Shown here: one piece after another, positions 19,687 through 29,275 of the stretch
Numbering within the stretch: the first letter of the stretch is position 1
Layout of the letters: each line of letters opens with the position of its first letter
Origin: Thermoplasmata archaeon
GTDB taxonomy: Archaea > Thermoplasmatota > SW-10-69-26 > JACQPN01 > JAJPHT01
NCBI GenBank assembly: GCA_034667685.1
Contig: JAXDQU010000025.1
Span: 1 to 64,000 of the forward strand
DNA length: 64,000 bases
Direction: 5' to 3'
The notes under the pieces: model-generated
What the model saw: only the letters and a program-made list of their open reading frames with translations
The model's database searches: none
What the model was told of the DNA's origin: nothing
Position numbers and translations under genes: made by a program

Positions 19687-20598
19687 ATGAGGCCCCCCCT
19701 CCTCACCCCGGTCGTCCTCCTCCTGACCTGCCTTGCGCCTGCCTTCGTGGGGGCCGCTTCGGCCCCCAACTGCGACGGGCTCAACCCCAACTACCAGCCC
19801 GAGCAGCGGGTGCACGTCTTCGCGACGGCGGGCAACTTCGGCTTCACGGCGGACTCCAAGTTCAGCGGCTCCGGCACGGCGACCGCGTTCGACACGAGCG
19901 GGTGCGCGACCGGGGACGGCGACAACGAGACGGGCGTGGGCGGCGCCCAGCTCCCCGAGGTCGGGCAGGGCACGGCCTGCGACGCGCCCAACGGCCACCA
20001 CAGCGGCGGTCCGGGCGCGTCGGTCACCGTCGCGTCGAACACGCTGAGCCTCCCGCTCGACTACCGAGCGGGGACGGACGGCCAGGAGGCGGGGCTCGGC
20101 GTCGCCACGTCGGCCTGCACGGGCAACGGCATCGTGTCGGACAGCTTCGACACGGACCCCTTCGACTGCGGCCAGGGCATCGTGGGCCACTTCGACGCGA
20201 TCGCCCCGTTCTCGGCGACGATCCAGCCCAACGTGAATCCCCACGCGGGCGGCTTCCCCGATCCGAACCCGTGGGCGCTGACCTACGGCGACATCCCGCA
20301 GGGCACCTACTACGGCGACCCCAACGGCGGCCTCTGCCAGGGCGCGGACGACGGGAGCGCGTGGGCCTTCCTGATCTTCGGCCCGTCGCTCACCGGCCTC
20401 GGCACGGATCCCGTGCTCCTCGACCTTGAGGGGTGCCCGGTCCTCGGCGACGGCTCCTCGGTGGGTGGCGGCCTCGCGGGCACGGGGCTGCTGACCGGTC
20501 CTCTCGCTGGCAATGGCGAGTGCGGCATCCAGCTCGGCGTCGGCGTCCCCAACGGGGGGCTCAGCACGCCCCTCGAGGGCACGATCATCGACCCGTAG
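19687..20598 (+). CDS. secreted protein family A, copy 5
   Basis: signal peptide plus core plus the GCPVLGDGSSVGGGLAGTGLLTGPLAG insert. Confidence 0.85.
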   Translation: MRPPLLTPVVLLLTCLAPAFVGAASAPNCDGLNPNYQPEQRVHVFATAGNFGFTADSKFSGSGTATAFDTSGCATGDGDNETGVGGAQLPEVGQGTACDAPNGHHSGGPGASVTVASNTLSLPLDYRAGTDGQEAGLGVATSACTGNGIVSDSFDTDPFDCGQGIVGHFDAIAPFSATIQPNVNPHAGGFPDPNPWALTYGDIPQGTYYGDPNGGLCQGADDGSAWAFLIFGPSLTGLGTDPVLLDLEGCPVLGDGSSVGGGLAGTGLLTGPLAGNGECGIQLGVGVPNGGLSTPLEGTIIDP

Positions 20599-20605
20599 GC
20601 GCGGC

Positions 20606-21370
20606 TCACATCGTCATCGCGCTGCTCGTGGTGAGCGGCGGCACGATCGTCCCGCCCAGGCCGATGCGCGCCTGCGTGGCGCCCAGCGGCCCGTGCGCCA
20701 TCACGGTGAGGACGCCGTGGGCGGGCAGCGCGGCGGCAACGTGATAGCGTCCCTGGCCCAGGGGCGTGACGCTCGCGGGGAGCGCGTGGCCCTCGACGTC
20801 GAGCATGACGCGCGCGTCTTCCAGCGGGGCGCCGAGGCGGTCCACGGTGATATCAAAGCCGGCGGCGTCGGGCGGGACGAGCGGCACGTGCATCGCGTAG
20901 GGGTAGACGCGGAGGAGCCCCCACATGCCGGCGGCGGCGTGCTGCGCGAAGTGGCAGTGGTACATCCAGTCGCCATCGTGCGCGTCGACGCCGCCCGCGA
21001 CGACGGTAAAGCTGATGGCTTCGCCGGGGCGGATCATGCGCGTGTCGACGGTGCGGCCCGCGCTCGGGTCGAACCACGGGTGGCCGTGCAGGTGGAAGGT
21101 GTGCGTCTCCGCGGTGGCGGGGACCGTGACGGTGAGCTGCACCTTCTCGCCCACGTACGCCTCCAGGATCAGCGCGTCGTGGGTGCCGGGGTATTCCTGG
21201 AGGTTGAACGTGGTGCCCGACATCACGAGGTTGAACGCGCGGTCGGGCGGCGCGCTGAGGTAGACGTCCGTGCCGGGCACCTGGAGGGGGAAGACGTCCT
21301 GGCCGATGGCGGGCGCGGCGAGCGCGGGCACGAGCAGGAGCAGCGCGGGCAGGAGCGGCGCGAGCTTCAT
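20606..21370 (-). CDS. multicopper oxidase subunit carrying the T1 site (small-laccase domain-2-like) plus a C-terminal beta domain
   Basis: signal peptide; HTFHLHGH and WMYHCHFAQHAAAGM. Confidence 0.85.
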   Translation of the reverse strand: MKLAPLLPALLLLVPALAAPAIGQDVFPLQVPGTDVYLSAPPDRAFNLVMSGTTFNLQEYPGTHDALILEAYVGEKVQLTVTVPATAETHTFHLHGHPWFDPSAGRTVDTRMIRPGEAISFTVVAGGVDAHDGDWMYHCHFAQHAAAGMWGLLRVYPYAMHVPLVPPDAAGFDITVDRLGAPLEDARVMLDVEGHALPASVTPLGQGRYHVAAALPAHGVLTVMAHGPLGATQARIGLGGTIVPPLTTSSAMTM

Positions 21371-22203
21371 GGCGCGCTCACCGTCCCTTCGTACTCGGAG
21401 CCCGTGATATCGTTCTCCAGGCGCCAGCGGTACACGCCCTGCGCGTTTGGCGCGAGGAGGTGCTCGCTGAGGCCGGGCGCGGTCTGGAGCGTCTGGTCGT
21501 AGCCGTCGAGGTTCGTGACGCGGAGCGTCCACGTGCCGTCGCCCAGGCCCGCGAGCACGATCTCCAGCGTGCCCCCGCGCGGGACGGTCGTGGTGGGGCT
21601 CACGAACGGGGCGCCGCGGTCGGTGGTGTGGACGTCGAGGATGGCGTCGGGGCGCAGGTCGCCGCCCGCGCGGACGGCCAGCGCGCCTTCGAGCCCGCGG
21701 GCCAGGCCCTCGTTGCCGTCGGGCCCGAGGACGTGGTCGTGGTAGTGCCACGTGCCGTTGTACGGTGCGCGGAAGTGGTAGGTGAAGCTCCCGCCGGGCG
21801 GCGCGAAGCTGTCGAGGAAGCCCGGCGCCATCGCGTGGCTCATGCCGTCCTCGCTCGCCTCGAGGCTCATGCCGTGGACGTGGAAGCTGACGCTGGCGTT
21901 GGCGAGGCGCGCCTTGACGTCCTGCGGGCCGGGCAGGCTCCACACGGTCTGCCCGACGTGGTTGACGAGCGTGAGCGACACGCTGTCCAGCAGATTGATA
22001 TCAAGCGTGGGGCCGGGAATCGTGCCGTTGTAGGCCAGGCAGATGCCGTCCGCGGGCCCCGTGCCCGCCGGGCAGGGGAGGGCGACGACCTCCCACGTGA
22101 CGTCGCGCTGCTGCGGGCCCGGCGCGGGCGGGGGCGACCACCCGCTGCCCAGCCCCGCCAGGAGCAGGAGCCCCAACGCCACGAGCGCCGCGCGGCTGCG
22201 CAT
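21367..22203 (-). CDS. multicopper oxidase subunit (small-laccase domain-1-like)
   Basis: signal peptide; YNGTIPGP, SFHVHG, GTWHYHDH; second half lacks Cu motifs. Confidence 0.85.
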   Translation of the reverse strand: MRSRAALVALGLLLLAGLGSGWSPPPAPGPQQRDVTWEVVALPCPAGTGPADGICLAYNGTIPGPTLDINLLDSVSLTLVNHVGQTVWSLPGPQDVKARLANASVSFHVHGMSLEASEDGMSHAMAPGFLDSFAPPGGSFTYHFRAPYNGTWHYHDHVLGPDGNEGLARGLEGALAVRAGGDLRPDAILDVHTTDRGAPFVSPTTTVPRGGTLEIVLAGLGDGTWTLRVTNLDGYDQTLQTAPGLSEHLLAPNAQGVYRWRLENDITGSEYEGTVSAP

Positions 22204-22467
22204 GGCTCAGGCCCCGTCCATCGTGGGCGTCTGCGCTCGGAAGTCGAGAAGGAGCAGGACCGCTGGCGGGCGCAGGGCAATTGCCTCCCAGGCGCGGACC
22301 CGTGGGGCTCCCTAAATCCCTTTTCGGGACGATCGCTTCGCGTCCGCGCCGGAGGCGAGCGCCCCGGCAGAGCGAACCGGTACGGTCGGATCGAAATCCT
22401 CGACCCGCGACCCTTCGACGTCTGCCACAAAACCCCCAAGCGGGCGCCCGCCTAGGCGCCGCTCGGC

Positions 22468-22776
22468 ATGACCGAGGTTGTCCAGGTCGCCGATCCCGCG
22501 CGCATGGCCGCGCGCGCCGGCGAGTTCGCGCGCATCGCCAGCATCCTTGCCGAAGAGGCCAGCGCGCTTGCCCTGCTCCACTCTGGCCCTGGCCACGCAA
22601 GCAAGGTCGCCGCCCGCGCCGCGCAGCAGGCCCACGAAGCCGCCGAGACGCTCCGCGACCTCGCCGCCCGCGGCGCCGACCTCGAAGAGTCCGTCCGCGT
22701 CGCCACCTGGGCGCTCAGCGCCGCCGCCGTCGCGCTCACCCAGGCGAAGCTCAACACGCCGCTCTCCACGGTCTGA
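22468..22776 (+). CDS. Ala-rich helical hypothetical protein
   Basis: 102-aa ORF with plausible codon usage. Confidence 0.5.
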   Translation: MTEVVQVADPARMAARAGEFARIASILAEEASALALLHSGPGHASKVAARAAQQAHEAAETLRDLAARGADLEESVRVATWALSAAAVALTQAKLNTPLSTV

Positions 22777-23330
22777 GGGCTGGCGTCCGGCCACACTCCA
22801 CGAGCCGAGCTTGCTGGAAAAGCATCCACCGGCCTTCCTTATCTGTTAGTCTTTCCATGCTGGGCTGACGGCAACGCGCTAAGCGCGCGGTTCGCGTCGG
22901 GATGTTATCTGATGAGCCGCGGAGCCGAGAAGAATCGCTTGCGCATGCTTGCCTGCCTTGGCGCGACATTCCTGGTGATCGTGCCCTCTGGGGCGCTGGC
23001 CCGGCTTCGGCTGACGGCGCGATGACCGTCGACACGGGCCCGGTCCAAGGCGTCACGAACCCGATCACCGGGGCTGCCGCCGGTGCCGCCGCTGGCGTGG
23101 TCGGCGCCGCTGGCGGCGCGGTCTCAACCGTGTCCGACCTACGTTCCTGGGCGTCGTCGTCGGAGGAGCCACCGGTGACTTCTCGAACCATTGCTCCTAT
23201 CCGTTCTTGTCGAAGACTGGGCTGATGACTTCGGCCTTCGTCTCCGCCCAAGGCGATCTTGCTCTCGGAGTGGGACACTTGGAATCCGGGGGCCATCTCG
23301 GCATCGCGCAGTAATCCAGGAGCGACGGAA

Positions 23331-24113
23331 TTGAAGATCGGGGCCCTCGGGGCGGTCATGCTGATCGTGCTCGCCGGTTGCGTCAGCACGAGCAAGGTCG
23401 GCCCGCCATCTCCCCCGGCGGCCTCCTCCGTCCTCAAGCTGGCCGACGGCTACGCCAGCTTCCCGCTGATGGGACCCGCCACGGCCGCCGCGTGGGTGCA
23501 AGTCAACCGGAGCGTCGTGAGCCCATCGAGCAGCCGCGAAGGGGGATACGACGCGCGGATCGAGGTGGACGTGGAGGCGCATCAAGCGGTGCGCTTTGCC
23601 GTCTGCGTCTTCGAGAAGCTCGACCATGGAAGCCTCGCCCGGAAAGTCGCCGAGATCGCGGAGAACCCGGCCGAGACGGGAAGCTCCGAGCGCGCCGTCT
23701 TCCACGTGCCCACGCCGGACGTGGAGCTGCTGGTGGTCGTGGCCGTCGAGAGTCCCGTGGAGGTCGCGGACAACCGGACCACGCCCGTCGCGGGCGCCTA
23801 CACGGGCGGAGCGCTCACCTTCTGGGCCCGCCACTCGACGGGGCGAGGCTTCACCATCCTGAGCGTGAAGTCCGAGGACCAGGGCGCGGGCGAGCTGGAG
23901 GCCACCCTGGGAACCGCGGCGTCCGAGACGCACCGGGGGCCCTACGCGATGGGGACGACCTTCGAGGCCAACGTCGTCAGGCCCACGGAGGGTGGCGCGT
24001 CCGTCGCGCTCTCCTTCCGGCCCTACCTCGACCCGGGGACGAAGGTGACGCTGAAGATGGCGAGCATTCCGCTCGCGGGCGCAAGCATCCTTCCCGACGG
24101 CGCGTGGGCGTAG
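23331..24113 (+). CDS. putative lipoprotein
   Basis: hydrophobic stretch ending in the VLAGC lipobox; start (TTG 23331 or ATG 23358) uncertain. Confidence 0.6.
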   Translation: MKIGALGAVMLIVLAGCVSTSKVGPPSPPAASSVLKLADGYASFPLMGPATAAAWVQVNRSVVSPSSSREGGYDARIEVDVEAHQAVRFAVCVFEKLDHGSLARKVAEIAENPAETGSSERAVFHVPTPDVELLVVVAVESPVEVADNRTTPVAGAYTGGALTFWARHSTGRGFTILSVKSEDQGAGELEATLGTAASETHRGPYAMGTTFEANVVRPTEGGASVALSFRPYLDPGTKVTLKMASIPLAGASILPDGAWA

Positions 24114-24198
24114 GCGACACGGAAGCGGCCACGCTGCCAACCTCGTGCCGACGAGGCGGCCACAAAGGGGATGCGGCCCCCCTCGGAGCTTGGGGCGT

Positions 24199-24399
24199 AT
24201 GCAAACGCTCGGACTCGGCATTACCCTGCTCGTGATCGGACTGATCCTCAGCGTGCTCCCGTTCTTCGGGATCCTCGCTGGCCCCCTGATGTACATCGGC
24301 TGGATCCTGGTGCTCGTGGGCATCGTGCTGGGCATCTACCACTTCGTCACGGGCCGCAACAAGTACGGCCAGCCGAAGGGCCCCGGCCGGACGATCTGA
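24199..24399 (+). CDS. small two-TM membrane protein
   Basis: MQTLGLGITLLVIGL...; hairpin and T-rich tract downstream. Confidence 0.7.
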   Translation: MQTLGLGITLLVIGLILSVLPFFGILAGPLMYIGWILVLVGIVLGIYHFVTGRNKYGQPKGPGRTI

Positions 24400-24725
24400 G
24401 CAAGGGGGCGCACGCCCCCCGGGCGCCTCCGGACGCCCGCCTCCCCAAAATTCGAAGATTTTTTTTCTGTTTCTTTTTCAGCCTGAGATGGTGGGCTTCC
24501 GCCAGGGGAACCAATCGTAGCCCTTCGGCGGAGGCGATTCCGGCCAGCCCTCGTCATCCTCGCGCTTGCGACGCAACATGGATACGGCCACGCGGCCTCG
24601 TGCCGCAACAAGCTCGTGGCCACGTGGTCGATGCCCCCAGACGCGCTTCCTCGCGGCCTACCCGGCGCGGCGTGACGGGCCTTGCGCCAGAATCCATGAG
24701 CGCGTCGCGCGGATTCGCGGGCCCC

Positions 24726-25928
24726 ATGGACGCGATCGTCTACGAGGGCAAGAAGGAGATGCGCGTGAAGGGCAAGGACGCGCCGCGCATCGCCGAGCCG
24801 CACCAGGCCATCCTGCGCGTGACCTCGACGGGCATCTGCGGAAGCGACCTCCACATGTACGAGGGGCGCACCGACCTGGAGAAGGGCAAGCAGGTGGGCC
24901 ACGAGATCATGGGCGTGGTCGAGGAGGTGGGCGAGGCGGTCGCCAGCATCCAGGTGGGCGATCGCGTCGTGCTCCCGTTCAACATCGCGTGCGGCTTCTG
25001 CCGCAACTGCCACCGCGGCTTCACGAACGCATGCCTCACCATGAACCCCGACAGCCCCTCGGCGGCCTACGGCTACGCGGGCATGGGACCCTACAAGGGC
25101 GGGCAGGCCGAACGCGTGCTCGTGCCGCACGCCGACTTCAACTGCCTCAAGGTGCCCGGCGAGCCCTTCGACGAGCGCGAGGACGACTTCCTCCTGCTCT
25201 CCGACGTCTTCCCCACGGGCTACCACGGCGCGACGCTCGCGCAGGTCTCGCCGGGCAAGACCGTCGCGGTGTTCGGCGCGGGGCCCGTCGGCCTGGCCGC
25301 GGCGCACAGCGCGCTCCTCAAGGGCGCCAGCGTCGTCTACTGCGTGGACTTCGTCGAGGCGCGCCTCGCGAAGGCGAAGGAGCTGGGCGCCATCCCCATT
25401 GATATCAAGAAGGGCGATCCGGTCGAGCAGATCCGCGAGCACCGCAAGCGCACGTATCCGATGACGGGCGCGCTGCGCCCCGGCGAGGAGAAGTTCCTCG
25501 CGGGCGTGGACTGCGCGATCGACGCGGTGGGCTACCAGGCGCGCGACGACAAGGACACGGGCAAGGAGAAGCCCACGCAGGTCCTGGAGAACGCGGTGCG
25601 CATCCTCAACGCGGGCGGATGCCTGGGCATCGTGGGCGTCTACCTCGCGCCGGACCCGGGCGCCAAGGACGAGAAGGCGAAGCAGGGCGTGCATGCCCTC
25701 CCGCTCGCGGACTTCTTCCAGAAGGGGCTCACGATCGGCATGGGCCAGTGCCCCGTCAAGGCGTACAACGAGGAGCTGCGCGACCTGATCCTGGCCGGGC
25801 GCGCGAAGCCCGGGCGCATCGTGAGCCACCACGTGGGGATCGACGAGGCGCCCGAGGCCTACGCGAAGTTCGACAAGCGCGAGGACGGCTACGTCAAGGT
25901 CGTCATCCGCTTCGAGGATGCGGCGTGA
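24726..25928 (+). CDS. glutathione-independent formaldehyde dehydrogenase-like Zn-dependent MDR
   Basis: ICGSDLHMYEG, GHE, CGFCRNC..C, GGQAE, LSDVFPTGYH, GAGPVG, GQCPVK. Confidence 0.88.
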   Translation: MDAIVYEGKKEMRVKGKDAPRIAEPHQAILRVTSTGICGSDLHMYEGRTDLEKGKQVGHEIMGVVEEVGEAVASIQVGDRVVLPFNIACGFCRNCHRGFTNACLTMNPDSPSAAYGYAGMGPYKGGQAERVLVPHADFNCLKVPGEPFDEREDDFLLLSDVFPTGYHGATLAQVSPGKTVAVFGAGPVGLAAAHSALLKGASVVYCVDFVEARLAKAKELGAIPIDIKKGDPVEQIREHRKRTYPMTGALRPGEEKFLAGVDCAIDAVGYQARDDKDTGKEKPTQVLENAVRILNAGGCLGIVGVYLAPDPGAKDEKAKQGVHALPLADFFQKGLTIGMGQCPVKAYNEELRDLILAGRAKPGRIVSHHVGIDEAPEAYAKFDKREDGYVKVVIRFEDAA

Positions 25929-25929
25929 C

Positions 25930-26565
25930 CTAGCCGCGCCGGCGCAGGACGATCGCGCCCAGGACCGCGAGCACGCCCAGCGTGAGCGCGACCTCGAAGC
26001 CGGGCACGCCCTTGGCCGGCGTGGCGGAGGGCTGCACCGTCGCGGGCGTGGAGGCCTGCGTGGCGAGCTTGGCCTGGAGCGCCTGCACCTGCGACTCCAG
26101 CACGGCGATGCGCGCGTCCTGGTCCGCGGGCGAGCTCGCCTTGGGGAAGAACGAGTCCTTCAGCTCGTGCACGTCCTCCTTGGGCGGGATCGTGACGTCC
26201 ACGGCGCTGCCGTTGATCGAGCCGGTCAGGTGCAGCTTGTACGTGCCCGGCGCGGTGGGCGTGACGGTGCCGGTGTAGTAGCCGGGCTTGCCGAACTGGC
26301 CGCCGAAGTCCGAGAACGTGAACGTCTGGTTGGTGTAGGTGAGCGAGGCCGTGAGGTTCGATTCCAGGCCGGGCAGCAGCGCGCCGGTGGCGTTGTCGAA
26401 GACGCGCAGGTCGAGGCCGTTCTTGGTGTACGTGGAGGAGGGCTCGTTGAGGAAGCCGTAGACGAACTTCCATTTGTTGTCCGACGAGTAGGCCGTCATG
26501 TGGGCCGAGGCGACGGGCAGGAGCGCGAGCGTGGCGAGGATGGTCAGGATGGCGAACGTTCTCAT
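25930..26565 (-). CDS. surface protein with PGF-CTERM archaeosortase signal
   Basis: signal peptide ending ASA|H; C-terminal VPGFE + TM + RRRG. Confidence 0.85.
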   Translation of the reverse strand: MRTFAILTILATLALLPVASAHMTAYSSDNKWKFVYGFLNEPSSTYTKNGLDLRVFDNATGALLPGLESNLTASLTYTNQTFTFSDFGGQFGKPGYYTGTVTPTAPGTYKLHLTGSINGSAVDVTIPPKEDVHELKDSFFPKASSPADQDARIAVLESQVQALQAKLATQASTPATVQPSATPAKGVPGFEVALTLGVLAVLGAIVLRRRG

Positions 26566-26636
26566 GGGTCTCCCTCAAGCGGATTTTAGCAATCCTCGAA
26601 CACGCCACCCTCGTTTAACGATTTTCGAACCCGGGG

Positions 26637-27602
26637 TCACGGGCGGGCCCGGCGCGCCGCGACGACCAGCTCGGCCCGGCGCCAGAGCGCGGCGGCGTGC
26701 GCCTCGAAGTGGCGCGCGTTGAGGTGGCGCCGCGTCCAGGGGCGCAGCGCGTACGCGTGGGCCGGGTCCTGCGCCGCGGCGGCCGCGACCTGGCGCGCCA
26801 TCGCCTCGAACGTGGGGCTCGCCAGGAAGAGATGCGCCGCGTCGGGGAAGACCTGGACCATCAGCACGCCGTGGATCGCGGCTTCGAGGCGCGCCAGGTC
26901 GGGCGGGCGCGGGCGCACCTCCAGGTACGCGAGCGCGGCGTCGTCGGGCTGCGCCGTCCCGCCGTAGTGGACCGTGAGGATGCGCTCGCGCGTGAGCCGC
27001 TCCACGTCGCGGCGCGCCGTCCGCTCCGAGGCGCCCACCGCGGCGGCCAGCGCGGGGAACGCGATGCCGCTCCGGCCCACGACGCCCGCGAGGACGCGCA
27101 GCTCCCGCGCCGCGAGCGCGCGCGTGGTGGTGGCGCCGGCCGCGCGCTCGCGGTAGGCGAAGTGGACGCGCTTCGCCCGGCCCAGGTGCTGGAGCAGCGC
27201 GACGCGCGCGTCGAGCGCCTCGTCGGAGGCCGCGTGGACGACCGCGCCCCACTCGTCGCCGTACTCGTTGAGCGCCTTCACGTCCTCCAGGAGAAGCATC
27301 GCCGCGAGCGCCTCGGGGTCGCGCCAGGGCGAGGGGCCCGTGAAGACGACGCGCGCCCGGGCCTGGCCCAGCGCGGCGGCCTCGACGTCGAAGACCCACG
27401 GCAGGAAGAAGCGCGCCTGCGCCAGCGCCCGGATGCGCGGGCCCACCGTGTTGCGGTGGAGGCCCAGGCGCTGCGCGACCTCGCCCACCGAGCCCAGGCT
27501 GCTCGCGTAGAACGAAGGCCCGCCGCTGAAGCACTCGCGCAGGATGCGCAGGTCGAGCGGCCGGAGCTGCACGACGAGCCCCATCGGCCGCTCCGCCTTC
27601 AT
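26637..27602 (-). CDS. Lrp/AsnC-like regulator with two wHTH domains
   Basis: LRPLDLRILREC..EVAQRLGLHRNTV and FPALAAAVGASERTARRDVERL. Confidence 0.7.
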   Translation of the reverse strand: MKAERPMGLVVQLRPLDLRILRECFSGGPSFYASSLGSVGEVAQRLGLHRNTVGPRIRALAQARFFLPWVFDVEAAALGQARARVVFTGPSPWRDPEALAAMLLLEDVKALNEYGDEWGAVVHAASDEALDARVALLQHLGRAKRVHFAYRERAAGATTTRALAARELRVLAGVVGRSGIAFPALAAAVGASERTARRDVERLTRERILTVHYGGTAQPDDAALAYLEVRPRPPDLARLEAAIHGVLMVQVFPDAAHLFLASPTFEAMARQVAAAAAQDPAHAYALRPWTRRHLNARHFEAHAAALWRRAELVVAARRARP

Positions 27603-27681
27603 CCTTGCGCGGGGCGCGCCGGCCCGGGAAGCCCGGAATCTGGCAATCGCGCCCGCCCCGGATCGGCGCGGGACGAGAGGC

Positions 27682-27930
27682 TCAGGCGTTGAGGAGCACC
27701 GAGCACTCGACATGCAGCGGCGCGGCCTCGCCGTACTTCGGCGTGCACGCGTAGAGCGTGATCGGGTACGCGCCGCACTCCGCGCCGGAGCGGACGGTGG
27801 CGATCTCGATGGGGCCGACGCCGTACGTCGTCGACTGGCAGAGGGGCGGCATCGCGCCGGCGGACGGAACGAACGACGCGACGCCGGCGAGCGCGAGCAG
27901 GGCCACGAGGGCCAGGGGGGAGATGTTCAT
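27682..27930 (-). CDS. small secreted 4-Cys protein
   Basis: signal peptide; GGAGG SD upstream. Confidence 0.65.
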   Translation of the reverse strand: MNISPLALVALLALAGVASFVPSAGAMPPLCQSTTYGVGPIEIATVRSGAECGAYPITLYACTPKYGEAAPLHVECSVLLNA

Positions 27931-28044
27931 GGTGTGCCTCCGGCGGTCCGGACGCGGGCGCGCCGACATAAGCGGAGCGACCCCGCACCCCCGCGGCGCC
28001 GCCGTCGGAACCATGATCCGCGCGCCTCCCGTTCTGCGCCGCGC

Positions 28045-28149
28045 ATGAACGACGTCCCCCTCTCCATGCGCTGGGCCGAGCAGCCGAAGCAGCCCCTCCC
28101 GGGCCTGTCCAACTTCATGGACGACGTCTACCTGATGCACACCAACTAG
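28045..28149 (+). CDS. putative graspetide (ATP-grasp RiPP) precursor, 34 aa
   Basis: MNDVPLSMRWAEQPKQPLPGLSNFMDDVYLMHTN ends 37 nt before the ATP-grasp ligase. Confidence 0.7.
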   Translation: MNDVPLSMRWAEQPKQPLPGLSNFMDDVYLMHTN

Positions 28150-28186
28150 GACAGGTCCGGGCGCGCCGCGCCCGATCCTTCTTCTC

Positions 28187-29188
28187 ATGACCGCGATCGT
28201 CTTCACCCTGGAGCGCGACCCGTACTCGCGCCGGATGATCGAGGCGCTGCGCGCCCGCGGCATCCCCACGCTCGGCTTCGACCTCGCCGACCCTTCGCGC
28301 AACGGCCTCACGCTGGAGGTCGACGGGGACCGCGCCACGGGCACGATCCGCACGCCCGCGGGCGCCGTCGACCTCGCCGAGGCGCGCGCCTTCGTCAACC
28401 ATTTCCTCGTGGTGCGGCCGCCCCCCGTCGCCGAGCACGCGCGCCGCTTCGCGACGGAGGAATGGTTCTCCGCGCTCGTCGCGCTGCATCAGCTCACGCG
28501 CGACCGCCTCTGGGTCAACCCGCTCGACGCGTACCTGCTGGGCGAGTCGAAGCTCTTCCAGCTCCAGGTCGCGGCGCGCGCCGGCCTCGCCACGCCCCGC
28601 TCGCTGGTGTCGAACGAGCGCGCGCCCATCGAGGCGTTCGCCAAGGCGCACCCGGAGGGGCTCGCCGTGAAGCGCGTGAGCCACCCGTTCCCGCGCCTGG
28701 GCGAGGGCGCCGCGCACGAGTGGGTCCTCTACACGCACCGCGTCGCGCCCGAGGAGCTTCGCGGCGAGGCGCTGGCGCAGGCCCACCTCGCGCCGCTGGC
28801 CGCGCAGGCGTACGTCGAGAAGGCGACCGAGGTGCGCGCGTACGTCGTGGGCGAGGCGGTGCTCGCGTGCGAGATCCTCTCGCAGGAGGACGAGCAGACG
28901 CGCGACGACTGGCGCCGCTTCCCGCGCCGCGAGGGCGGAGGGCTCGACGAGGCGCGCTGGCGCTGCCGCCCCTACGCGCTCCCCGGCGCGGTGGCCGCGC
29001 GCCTCCGGGACGCCACGCGCGCGATGGGGCTGCGCTACGCCGCGGCCGACCTGATTGTAACGCCACAGGGCGAGCACGTCTTCCTGGAGGCGAACGGGAT
29101 GGGCGCGTTCGGCTTCGCCGAGGACCTCGCGGGACTGCGCGTCTCGGAGGCGTTCGCCGACCTCGTGGCCGCGTCGCTGGGCCTCTGA
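28187..29188 (+). CDS. ATP-grasp ribosomal peptide maturase (MvdC/MvdD-like)
   Basis: WVNP...SKLFQLQVA...PRSLVSN, QAYVEK..EVRAYVVG, DWRR, YAAAD, FLEAN. Confidence 0.85.
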   Translation: MTAIVFTLERDPYSRRMIEALRARGIPTLGFDLADPSRNGLTLEVDGDRATGTIRTPAGAVDLAEARAFVNHFLVVRPPPVAEHARRFATEEWFSALVALHQLTRDRLWVNPLDAYLLGESKLFQLQVAARAGLATPRSLVSNERAPIEAFAKAHPEGLAVKRVSHPFPRLGEGAAHEWVLYTHRVAPEELRGEALAQAHLAPLAAQAYVEKATEVRAYVVGEAVLACEILSQEDEQTRDDWRRFPRREGGGLDEARWRCRPYALPGAVAARLRDATRAMGLRYAAADLIVTPQGEHVFLEANGMGAFGFAEDLAGLRVSEAFADLVAASLGL

Positions 29189-29275
29189 TCCGCGCCTGGG
29201 ATCTCCGGAGCCGCTGCCCGCCTGCCCGCCACGCCTAGCGGCCAGCTTCAAACGTTCCTCGCGCGACTGGATGCC

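Noticed and set aside
13393-20598. Diversity-generating retroelement behind the near-identical segments
   Set aside because: No reverse transcriptase in the window, all copies are full ORFs, and differences do not look adenine-specific
22151-22163. Second att site for tRNA-Gln (AGCCCCGCCAGGA)
   Set aside because: One mismatch in 13 nt and inside a coding signal peptide; likely chance
22902-23225. 107-aa ORF or frameshifted secreted protein
   Set aside because: A signal-like segment and the Ala/Gly tract are in different frames with atypical codon usage; cannot support a call
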